A DNA stretch of 64,000 nt, from the IMG/VR virus record IMGVR_UViG_2706795462_000001; one strand, written 5' to 3'. Origin of the DNA: a virus. Its lineage: Duplodnaviria > Heunggongvirae > Uroviricota > Caudoviricetes > Herelleviridae. The notes beneath the pieces are model-generated. The model was given only the letters and a program-made list of their open reading frames with translations. It ran no database searches and had not been told where the DNA came from. The translations under genes were made by a program, and so were the position numbers. Positions 8,286-15,086 of this stretch are shown in pieces; position 1 is the first letter of the stretch, and each line of letters opens with the position of its first letter.

Positions 8286-8666
8286 ATGTTCAAATTACAA
8301 AATAAAGTGGAAATTATCGTACCTAAGGAAGATAACAACGGCGTTGAGATTGCAGACAAACGTATTAAAGAATATGTAAATAGCATCACAATGGAAGCGG
8401 GCGGTTGTACTATTACAGAAATTAAAGGGCAATGGTACTCAGAAGATGAAAAACGTATAATGGAAGATAACAACTTAAATCTTGAGTGGTATTATCTGCA
8501 AGACAGTGCAAAATTCATGACAGTTGAATTAAAAGGTATTGTAAGACGTTTAATTGAAGTTTACGGACAAGAGGCTATCAGTATCAAAGTTAATGGCACA
8601 TTGTACATTGTAGACCAATCAGACATTGAAGAATTACACACAACATTATTAAATATCATGAAATAA
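8286..8666 (+). CDS. hypothetical early protein
   Basis: Promoter 8200-8228; cassette AAAGGAATTGATGAAAATG (start 8280 or 8286); terminator 8679-8715 downstream. Confidence 0.65.
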   Translation: MFKLQNKVEIIVPKEDNNGVEIADKRIKEYVNSITMEAGGCTITEIKGQWYSEDEKRIMEDNNLNLEWYYLQDSAKFMTVELKGIVRRLIEVYGQEAISIKVNGTLYIVDQSDIEELHTTLLNIMK

Positions 8667-8678
8667 AAAATTTATATA

Positions 8679-8715
8679 AACCGCTTCGTATTAAATTCTT
8701 GAAGCGGTATTTTTG
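8679..8715 (+). terminator. rho-independent terminator whose stem arms are Chi heptamers (AACCGCTTC / GAAGCGGT)
   Basis: 9-bp stem, 13-nt loop, then ATTTTTGT. Confidence 0.6.
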
Positions 8716-8729
8716 TGTAAAATTTATGC

Positions 8730-8758
8730 TTGACAAATGTATTAAAAAATGAGATAAT
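8730..8758 (+). promoter_or_regulatory. promoter TTGACA-N17-GATAAT followed by a repeated non-coding cassette
   Basis: Hexamers read directly. Confidence 0.5.
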
Positions 8759-8820
8759 AGAGTGACGACTTTTTTTAGTATAAAAATAATATTATATAAA
8801 AAAGTTATAGAGTTTTTAGG
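8730..8820 (+). repeat. Non-coding cassette, copy 2 (promoter + GAGTGACGACTTTTTTTAGTATAAAAATAATATTATATAAAAAAG)
   Basis: Near-duplicate of 7127-7215; TAGGGCTCCANNTCCATTATAT element also repeats at 7388 and 8815. Confidence 0.6.
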
Positions 8821-8988
8821 GCTCCAAGTCCATTATATCAATTTTGCTACTAGTTGTCAATACTTTCTTTTTTTATATAATAATTTAATTATCTTAAAGA
8901 TACCGTCCACCTCCATTATCTCAAATTTTGCCCCTAAAGTCAAGAACTTTCTTTCAAATAATTTATTTAAAAAAGTTTACAAAAAGGG

Positions 8989-9017
8989 TTGACTTATTTT
9001 GTACTATGGTGTAATAT
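8989..9017 (+). promoter_or_regulatory. early promoter TTGACT-N17-TAATAT
   Basis: Family member. Confidence 0.5.
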
Positions 9018-9084
9018 ATAAAGTGTAGTAAGGAAGCGGAGGAAATAACCTAAAAAAAGAATTTAAAAAACTTTTAAAAAGGTG

Positions 9085-9113
9085 TTGACAAACTTCCAAA
9101 TACATGATAATAT
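9085..9113 (+). promoter_or_regulatory. early promoter TTGACA-N17-TAATAT with upstream A7GAATTTAAAAAACTTTTAAAAAG
   Basis: Family member; gene 9158 follows. Confidence 0.6.
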
Positions 9114-9157
9114 TAAGATAGTTAGAAAAACAAAAAAACGAAAAGGAATTGATAATT

Positions 9158-9379
9158 ATGAACAGATTAGAAATAGTAAAAGATACGGCAATGGAATATA
9201 TCCTTATGATGGATAATAGCGTTATGGACGGCGTTATGACACAAGAGGAATACAACGAAGCGGTTAGCTTTGAAAAGGTGTATGACTACACTCTATCAGA
9301 AGCAAATCAAGAATGTAAATTCTTAGGTGGTAAGGTTTTAACTTTCCTAGTACATGAAGCAATCGAAGAATACGCATAA
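9158..9379 (+). CDS. hypothetical early protein (73 aa)
   Basis: Promoter 9085-9113; cassette AAAGGAATTGATAATTATG; MNRLEIVKDT.. Confidence 0.6.
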   Translation: MNRLEIVKDTAMEYILMMDNSVMDGVMTQEEYNEAVSFEKVYDYTLSEANQECKFLGGKVLTFLVHEAIEEYA

Positions 9380-9398
9380 AAAAACTTAATAAAAGGGG

Positions 9399-9427
9399 TT
9401 GACATTCAACCCCTACCATGTTAATAT
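9399..9427 (+). promoter_or_regulatory. early promoter TTGACA-N17-TAATAT; -35 inside hairpin 9394-9414
   Basis: AGGGGTTGA/TCAACCCCT 9-bp stem. Confidence 0.6.
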
Positions 9428-9459
9428 TAATATATACCAAATGAGAGGAATTGATAATT

Positions 9460-9597
9460 ATGAGATACGAAATTGTAACGTTAGTTAATCAAGAATTGTT
9501 TATGTATGCAACATTCAACAAGCAGGAAGCAGAAGCCAAATATCAAGAATGGTGTGACTTATATGGTCAAGAAAATGTAAGCATGGAAAAAAATTAA
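9460..9597 (+). CDS. hypothetical early peptide (45 aa)
   Basis: Promoter 9399-9427; cassette GAGGAATTGATAATTATG; MRYEIVTLVNQ.. Confidence 0.5.
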   Translation: MRYEIVTLVNQELFMYATFNKQEAEAKYQEWCDLYGQENVSMEKN

Positions 9598-9606
9598 AAT
9601 AAGCTG

Positions 9607-9635
9607 TTGACAAACTAACCGCTTCATGATAATAT
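9607..9635 (+). promoter_or_regulatory. early promoter TTGACA-N17-TAATAT (Chi heptamer in spacer)
   Basis: Family member. Confidence 0.55.
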
Positions 9636-9667
9636 TAAACTATACTAAAGAAAAGGAAATGATTACA

Positions 9668-9832
9668 ATGACAAAAACAATCAAACAATTAGAAAGCCAA
9701 TTAGAGAGTCTAGAAAGAAAATCAGATGAGGAATTAGCAAACGGATACTATGACAGATTTGAAAGAACTTGTGCACAGATTAGAGAATTAGACCTACAAA
9801 TCGAATTAAAAAAGAACTCAGAAACTGTTTAA
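9668..9832 (+). CDS. hypothetical early protein, coiled-coil (54 aa)
   Basis: Promoter 9607-9635 excludes the 9626 start; cassette AAAGGAAATGATTACAATG; MTKTIKQLESQLESLER.. Confidence 0.55.
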   Translation: MTKTIKQLESQLESLERKSDEELANGYYDRFERTCAQIRELDLQIELKKNSETV

Positions 9833-9850
9833 AAAAATCTAAATAAGGGG

Positions 9851-9879
9851 TTGACACTTAACCCCTTAGATGTTATTAT
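9851..9879 (+). promoter_or_regulatory. early promoter TTGACA-N17-TATTAT; -35 inside hairpin 9845-9867
   Basis: AAGGGGTT/AACCCCTT stem. Confidence 0.6.
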
Positions 9880-9911
9880 TAATATATACTAAAGAAAAGG
9901 AATTGATACAA

Positions 9912-10148
9912 ATGAAATTAATCAATAGAGATAATGAAATCGTAATTAGCATAGCAACACTTGAGAGCGTAAAACAAGCCCTAATTTGGGAGTACATCGA
10001 CCACTTAGATAATAACATCCTAGACAGTAAAATTTACGACCAAGAAGCGGTTGTGGTGACTTCTGACACTCTACAGTCAATCAAATTTGCGGACACTATG
10101 GAAGAACTAGAAGAATATGTAAACGACATCGGTTGGAAATTAATTTAA
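9912..10148 (+). CDS. hypothetical early protein (78 aa)
   Basis: Promoter 9851-9879; cassette AAAGGAATTGATACAAATG; MKLINRDNEIV.. Confidence 0.6.
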   Translation: MKLINRDNEIVISIATLESVKQALIWEYIDHLDNNILDSKIYDQEAVVVTSDTLQSIKFADTMEELEEYVNDIGWKLI

Positions 10149-10156
10149 AAAAGGTA

Positions 10157-10185
10157 TTGACACCCTAGCATATAGATGGTAATAT
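10157..10185 (+). promoter_or_regulatory. early promoter TTGACA-N17-TAATAT
   Basis: Family member; acidic-protein gene 10228 follows. Confidence 0.6.
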
Positions 10186-10227
10186 AAGAGTATAGAAAAA
10201 ATAAAAAAAGAAAAGGATTTGATTATT

Positions 10228-10698
10228 ATGACAAATACAATACAAGCATTTTTACAAGGACAAGAAGCAAGCACAGTTAAGGACGTAGCAACTCATGGAG
10301 TACAAAGCGGAGCAATTGGCAAATTAATCTACACATCAGACATAGTAAACTTCTTTGATAGATACGAGCAGGACATTGAAGCCGTCATCACTGAATACAT
10401 TGAAGAGGTTACGGGACAACAATATTATGACTTATTGAACTATGAGCTTATGAGAGACCTCGAGAATTATGCAAATGTAGAATTTGAAGACGAAGACGAA
10501 TATAATAACATTCAATTTGACCTAGCAGAAAACATTGCTTCTGATGAGGTTGAAGGATTTGAAGACATGGACGAAGCAGACCAGGCGGAAGCAATCTATG
10601 AGGCTATGGATGATGTTGAATTAGAACTACAAGAAACGGACAAGGTTCAATATGTTAATCTAGCGGTTGAGATTGTAGCGCAAAGAATGGCACTATAG
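10228..10698 (+). CDS. highly acidic early protein (candidate DNA-mimic anti-restriction / anti-defence factor)
   Basis: Promoter 10157-10185; cassette AAAGGATTTGATTATTATG; C-terminal half dominated by D/E (..EFEDEDEYNNIQFDLAENIASDEVEGFEDMDEADQAEAIYEAMDDVELELQ..). Confidence 0.6.
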   Translation: MTNTIQAFLQGQEASTVKDVATHGVQSGAIGKLIYTSDIVNFFDRYEQDIEAVITEYIEEVTGQQYYDLLNYELMRDLENYANVEFEDEDEYNNIQFDLAENIASDEVEGFEDMDEADQAEAIYEAMDDVELELQETDKVQYVNLAVEIVAQRMAL

Positions 10699-10770
10699 GA
10701 AGCACACAGACACACACACACAGAGAAGCTTAACCGCTTCTCTAATACAATTAATCAGGAGATGTTGAAG

Positions 10771-11034
10771 ATGAAAATTAACCAATTAAACAATGCTAAA
10801 AAACTATACGAAACATTATTTGCTATCGAGTTTGATAGTACTATCGAGGAAGATTGGACAATAGATAATGACTCTCTAGAAGCTAAACTATTCTTGGAGT
10901 TATCAGATGAGGGCAAAAAGGTTTATGCAATGAGTCACGCTAAGCAATGGGCAAATATTGTTATGGATATGGAAGAAGAGGAATATAGAAGCTATTACGG
11001 AAATGATTTAGATTATATTTTAGAGGAGATGTAA
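10771..11034 (+). CDS. hypothetical early protein (start 10762 or 10771)
   Basis: RBS CAGGAG 10755-10760; acidic C-terminus. Confidence 0.55.
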   Translation: MKINQLNNAKKLYETLFAIEFDSTIEEDWTIDNDSLEAKLFLELSDEGKKVYAMSHAKQWANIVMDMEEEEYRSYYGNDLDYILEEM

Positions 11035-11037
11035 AAC

Positions 11038-11211
11038 ATGAATACAAGAAGGGTAAACAAAGCGTTAAACGAAGCGGTTCGATTATTAGATGAGCAAATA
11101 GCAGACACTCAAAAGACTATGCAGGAGTTGAATAAACAACTCGAGAAGCAAATAAAGGCTAAGCAAGAGCTAATGATATTAGTTGATGTTATGACTGGTG
11201 ATGATGAGTAA
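11038..11211 (+). CDS. small coiled-coil early protein (57 aa)
   Basis: RBS GGAGGAGATG overlaps previous stop; MNTRRVNKALNEAVRLLDEQIADTQK.. Confidence 0.45.
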   Translation: MNTRRVNKALNEAVRLLDEQIADTQKTMQELNKQLEKQIKAKQELMILVDVMTGDDE

Positions 11212-11480
11212 TGAGCATTAGAGAGGTTCATAATGTCGTTAAGAGTGCAAAGAGCAAACTCCTGCAGGAACATAATAATATTAATAATGTAATCATAGAT
11301 GACTACATCACAGAAGAGCTACACAGACGCACACAGGGAAGCGGAACAATACAGATGAACAATAACACCGCTTCATATAGTAATGGCTCATATGGTAGCT
11401 TAGAAGAGCTTAGAGAAGCTTATGACCTATCTTCATTATCTACTGAGGAGATTAAAGAACTAATACAAACATTTGTTTAA
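11211..11480 (+). CDS. hypothetical early protein
   Basis: ATG overlaps previous stop (TAATGA); 89 aa. Confidence 0.5.
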   Translation: MSIREVHNVVKSAKSKLLQEHNNINNVIIDDYITEELHRRTQGSGTIQMNNNTASYSNGSYGSLEELREAYDLSSLSTEEIKELIQTFV

Positions 11481-11498
11481 ATTATTTTATCAAAACGC

Positions 11499-11529
11499 TT
11501 TACAATCTTTTAATTTGTATGATATAATG
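11499..11529 (+). promoter_or_regulatory. promoter TTTACA-N19-TATAAT (TG-extended)
   Basis: Upstream of gene 11565. Confidence 0.4.
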
Positions 11530-11564
11530 AACTTAACAAATTAAAAGAAAAGGAAATGATGAAC

Positions 11565-11744
11565 ATGACAAACTTATTAGAACAGGAACAATTAGAAAAA
11601 GACGTAAAAGATATTATTTGGGTATTAGACAGAATGATTGCTAGAGGAGAACAATACACTGAAGCTTACGATATTTTAGTTAACAAATTAGAAAGACAAG
11701 AAAAAAGAATCGTAGAAATAAAAAAACAAAACGGAATATTTTAA
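11565..11744 (+). CDS. hypothetical early protein, last gene of the plus-strand early unit
   Basis: Promoter 11499-11529; cassette AAAGGAAATGATGAACATG; terminator 11754-11783 follows. Confidence 0.55.
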   Translation: MTNLLEQEQLEKDVKDIIWVLDRMIARGEQYTEAYDILVNKLERQEKRIVEIKKQNGIF

Positions 11745-11753
11745 ATAACAAAT

Positions 11754-11783
11754 AGAGGGAATAAAATCCCTCTTTTATTTTTA
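11754..11783 (+). terminator. rho-independent terminator ending the plus-strand early block
   Basis: AGAGGGA-ataaaa-TCCCTCT plus T10. Confidence 0.7.
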
Positions 11784-11916
11784 TCTTATTATATAATTTT
11801 TTTTATATTATACGGGGGCAGGGGTAAAATGCCACTCAATGGGGGTGGGTCTATATACCCCTATGGTCTACCCAGGTACTTATTTTTTGGGGAAAATTAT
11901 GAAAATAAATATTTAA

Positions 11917-12013
11917 AAGTCAACACATAAAATATAGAAAGTAAGTCAACATCCCTTATAATAAGTCAACAATTTATAGTACAAATATAAAGCCTCTAAA
12001 TATAAAGTCAACA
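11917..12013 (+). repeat. Four direct copies of AAGTCAACA
   Basis: Starts 11917, 11943, 11963, 12005, just after G-rich segment 11813-11878. Confidence 0.75.
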
Positions 12014-12025
12014 TATCTAAAATAA

Positions 12026-12050
12026 GAAGAGAGGTATATCCTCTCTTCTC
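12026..12050. terminator. bidirectional hairpin between the convergent plus early block and minus block
   Basis: AGAAGAGAGG-tatat-CCTCTCTTCT. Confidence 0.45.
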
Positions 12051-12054
12051 TTAA

Positions 12055-12345
12055 CTATATAAGTACGCTTCTATTATTTAGTTCCTGTTCTATTCTATTT
12101 AAATGCTCCCAAACCTCAATCCAATTTACTCTTGAATCATCATAATAAAGGTGGAAATCTTGAGGGTTTTCTAAATACGCTTCTAGTTCATCATAGTATA
12201 GAACATCAAAAGCTGTGTCATCAAGACCTATTTGAATCTTTAGTATATCTTTATATCCTAATTGTTTATTACCGCAATAAGCTGTATCTTCTAACCGCTT
12301 CTCTAGTTTATTAAATAGTGTTTGTATACCTTGTAGTTCATTCAT
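12055..12345 (-). CDS. hypothetical protein
   Basis: 96-aa ORF ending at the bidirectional hairpin 12026-12050. Confidence 0.5.
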   Translation of the reverse strand: MNELQGIQTLFNKLEKRLEDTAYCGNKQLGYKDILKIQIGLDDTAFDVLYYDELEAYLENPQDFHLYYDDSRVNWIEVWEHLNRIEQELNNRSVLI

Positions 12346-12485
12346 AATGTATGACCTCCTAATTGATTATATACTTAGTATAAAGGATAGGTGTTAGAAT
12401 GTCAACCTTTATATATAAAAAAAAGAGAAAGAATATTATTCTTCCTCTAAGGTATTACTAATAACTTCTAATTCATGAATAGTAA

Positions 12486-12683
12486 TCATATCCATCTATC
12501 GAATCCTCTTGGGTCTCCTTTAATGAACTCTTGTTCTCCTCTATGAGTTATACTTTCTTTATATCCTTCTTCTTTAATACGTTTAATTAAGTTCTCCTTA
12601 TTTGTGTATATCTCATCTTCCCTGAAATGGAAATTATCTTCATAGGGTTCACAATTATCATGTTCTACTTGATATAGTTTCAT
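12486..12683 (-). CDS. hypothetical protein
   Basis: Start set at MKLYQVEHD.. after RBS AGGAGGA; ORF-track N-extension overlaps upstream gene. Confidence 0.5.
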   Translation of the reverse strand: MKLYQVEHDNCEPYEDNFHFREDEIYTNKENLIKRIKEEGYKESITHRGEQEFIKGDPRGFDRWI

Positions 12684-12696
12684 ATTAGTTATCCTC

Positions 12697-12942
12697 CTAT
12701 TCTCTATAGTAATCATATATTTCTAAATAAGGTGAAAATGGTGAGTCACCTCTAGTATTAATAATAACTTCTCCCTCTTGATTACTTAACTCTATAAGCT
12801 CTTCTAAGCTATTAATTTCTACACACCAACGTTCTATAGTAAATGTATTACCTTTTTGGTCTACACGTTCTAATTCCTTTATGTAGGCACCTTCTATAGG
12901 CTTTTTATTAATTGTGCTTGTTCTATCTATAAAAAATTCCAT
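12697..12942 (-). CDS. hypothetical protein
   Basis: 81-aa ORF; RBS GGAGGAAAAGTAATG. Confidence 0.5.
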   Translation of the reverse strand: MEFFIDRTSTINKKPIEGAYIKELERVDQKGNTFTIERWCVEINSLEELIELSNQEGEVIINTRGDSPFSPYLEIYDYYRE

Positions 12943-12954
12943 TACTTTTCCTCC

Positions 12955-13365
12955 TTATACACTTATACGCATGATTAAATAAAAATTATAAAACTTACTG
13001 TTATGATGTTCTATATTACAAAGGTATAACATTAGTCTATAATAATACTCTAAATCATGAGTATGTTTAAAAGTTTTTTCATTAAACTCAGATTCCAGTA
13101 GGTTAATAAGTTTTTCATGAGTTAAAACATATGCACCCTCGTCACCAAATTCATCAAATTTATCATAATATATTTCTGCATCTCTTAGTAAGAGTTCCAT
13201 AAAATATCCTGGTTTTCTAAAATCATCTTCAAAATTAAATCTTTGATAATAGTTTTTTTCTAACTGATTTCTATATTTCGAATTGTTAATAAAATGTTGT
13301 AATCCTTTTTGTTCTACTTTTCTTTTACTTAAAGTTACACCAATTACTTCAAAATCTAATCCCAT
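12955..13365 (-). CDS. hypothetical protein
   Basis: Start set at MGLDFEV.. after RBS AAAGGAGG; overlaps stop of upstream gene. Confidence 0.5.
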   Translation of the reverse strand: MGLDFEVIGVTLSKRKVEQKGLQHFINNSKYRNQLEKNYYQRFNFEDDFRKPGYFMELLLRDAEIYYDKFDEFGDEGAYVLTHEKLINLLESEFNEKTFKHTHDLEYYYRLMLYLCNIEHHNSKFYNFYLIMRISV

Positions 13366-13919
13366 TACTTTTCCTCCTTTTCGTAAGTCCATTCACCATA
13401 TTCTGCGTTAAAATGAGCTGTGTCTGTTCCCTCATCTTCATATTCTACACTATACCATGCATCTTCTTCTGTTTCTGCATCTATATATCTTACTTCTTCT
13501 GTAGTAATAGTACGTTTTACCTTAAATCTCTCCATATGTTTTTCCTCTCCCCTACCTTCATAGATATTACCTATAACACATAATTCTAAGGTATTTGTAT
13601 ATGATTTTAAATAGAAATCACTAAGCAAAGTAATCTTATTACCTTCATAATTTTCTATAAAGAAAAACCCTTTACCTTTTTTAACGATACCTGAGTTTAT
13701 ATAGTTACCATTAATATCTTGTATTTCTACAATATCTCCCTCAAATATTTCTACACTATTTCTATCACTAAGACCTGTGAATTGCATAATTTCAAGGTTT
13801 TCTCCTAAATAACCATCACAAGCAAATAGATGTGAATATACTGTGTAATCTGCAAAGTCAAACCTAGCAATATCAAACATTCTTTGTGATTCTTCATCCC
13901 ATGCTCTAAATTTAATCAT
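13365..13919 (-). CDS. hypothetical protein
   Basis: 184-aa ORF. Confidence 0.55.
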   Translation of the reverse strand: MIKFRAWDEESQRMFDIARFDFADYTVYSHLFACDGYLGENLEIMQFTGLSDRNSVEIFEGDIVEIQDINGNYINSGIVKKGKGFFFIENYEGNKITLLSDFYLKSYTNTLELCVIGNIYEGRGEEKHMERFKVKRTITTEEVRYIDAETEEDAWYSVEYEDEGTDTAHFNAEYGEWTYEKEEK

Positions 13920-14166
13920 CTACTTTACTCTCCTTTATATTCTCTTCTAATATTTGTTTTAATGTTTGACAATCTTTTTGGTCTAGGGTGTCCCAACTCT
14001 CTAGATTCTGTAATTGATAGTATAATTCATTTACAATTTCATCGAAGGCTTCTGCTTTTTGATAGACTTCTTGTAACTCTTCTAATTCTTTTTCATTATC
14101 AATACACCAGTAGTTCTCGTTGTCAGTTATAATATCTTGAATTTTATTTTTATATTCATAAGCCAT
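13912..14166 (-). CDS. hypothetical protein
   Basis: 84-aa acidic ORF. Confidence 0.5.
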   Translation of the reverse strand: MAYEYKNKIQDIITDNENYWCIDNEKELEELQEVYQKAEAFDEIVNELYYQLQNLESWDTLDQKDCQTLKQILEENIKESKVDD

Positions 14167-14357
14167 TATTTATCCCTCCTATCTTCTATCCTTTGTTTTA
14201 TCTCTTCTCGATTACGGTGGTGTTCTTTACTCATTTCTTTACGTTCCTTATTTGTTAATCTTATTCTATAAATAAGGTAGTTAATATATAATGTTCCGGC
14301 TGACCATAGTAGTAGGAATGATATTAGGTAAGTCCATGAGACACTTATTTCTATCAT
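14166..14357 (-). CDS. small membrane-anchored protein
   Basis: N-terminal TM segment then basic tail. Confidence 0.45.
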   Translation of the reverse strand: MIEISVSWTYLISFLLLWSAGTLYINYLIYRIRLTNKERKEMSKEHHRNREEIKQRIEDRRDK

Positions 14358-14839
14358 TGTGAGTCCTCCTTATATTCTTTATAACTTTTAATAACAATCT
14401 TACAGATACCTCTATTAACAGCTAAGAATAACATAAATGATAATAGAGTTATAACTGCTCTAATGTCTCCAGTAAAGGGTAATAATTTAAATAGTAAAAC
14501 ACTTTCTAAAATACTTGTAGCTGTAATAATTGTAAGATATAGGATAGATAGTAAATAATCCTTTAATTTTAGTTTAACGAAAGGTTTTTTATTATCTTGA
14601 GTTCTTGCTATACCATATAGAATTATAAACCACGCAACAGGTATGAGCTGAGTTATAAAGTCATTGTTTATGCCTAATGCATATAAACCATAAATGATAC
14701 CTGCAGGAATACCAATAATGAATGCTAAGAATACAGAGAATATAATTAGCATTATAGGAAGAGCTACAAGTAATCCTAGACCTTGTATTGAATACTCTAA
14801 TGTATTCTTTCCTAAGGCTTTAAAGAATGTTTTATTCAT
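14354..14839 (-). CDS. integral membrane protein
   Basis: 161 aa with 4-5 hydrophobic helices. Confidence 0.55.
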   Translation of the reverse strand: MNKTFFKALGKNTLEYSIQGLGLLVALPIMLIIFSVFLAFIIGIPAGIIYGLYALGINNDFITQLIPVAWFIILYGIARTQDNKKPFVKLKLKDYLLSILYLTIITATSILESVLLFKLLPFTGDIRAVITLLSFMLFLAVNRGICKIVIKSYKEYKEDSQ

Positions 14840-15086
14840 CGTCTACCTCCTTGTAATATACAGTATCTACATGAGTAATATTATCTTTAAACCATAGAGA
14901 CGTATCCCCTTTGTTAGATTCTAAAGTTTTAGCACCATTAAAAACAAGACCCTCAATAAAAGAATTTAAATTAGTTTTAGTATCTTTTTGTTGTACGATA
15001 ATAGAAGACCCTGATACATCACAAATTCTTATAAAATTAATATCTTTTTTTATTTCTTTTTCTACTTTATTATTTTTAAATATCAT
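14832..15086 (-). CDS. hypothetical protein
   Basis: 84-aa ORF. Confidence 0.45.
   Translation of the reverse strand: MIFKNNKVEKEIKKDINFIRICDVSGSSIIVQQKDTKTNLNSFIEGLVFNGAKTLESNKGDTSLWFKDNITHVDTVYYKEVDDE

Larger units (their letters stand above)
1284..12301. repeat. Dispersed over-represented heptamer GAAGCGG / CCGCTTC (30 copies, both orientations)
   Basis: Plus-orientation starts: 1284, 1590, 1882, 2460, 2786, 3445, 4107, 5709, 6761, 7745, 8394, 8701, 9033, 9257, 10044, 11081, 11338. Minus-orientation starts: 1557, 1844, 2505, 2920, 3694, 5231, 6781, 7756, 8681, 9619, 10734, 11368, 12295. Confidence 0.9.

Noticed and set aside
6482-10227. ORF-track starts giving MIIM.. / MIILNYTKEKE.. N-termini (6482, 7854, 8277, 9149, 9626, 9870, 10219)
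   Set aside because: These use a TTG that is part of the conserved cassette AAAGGAATTGATTATTATG, or lie inside the promoter -10. The ATG 9-10 nt after the GGA core is the consistent start.
12486-13392. Additional frameshifted genes among overlapping ORF pairs 12486-12716 / 12697-12942 and 12955-13392 / 13365-13919
   Set aside because: In both cases an internal ATG with a strong RBS (AGGAGGA; AAAGGAGG) sits just after the upstream stop. These are ordinary coupled genes with over-extended ORF-track starts.
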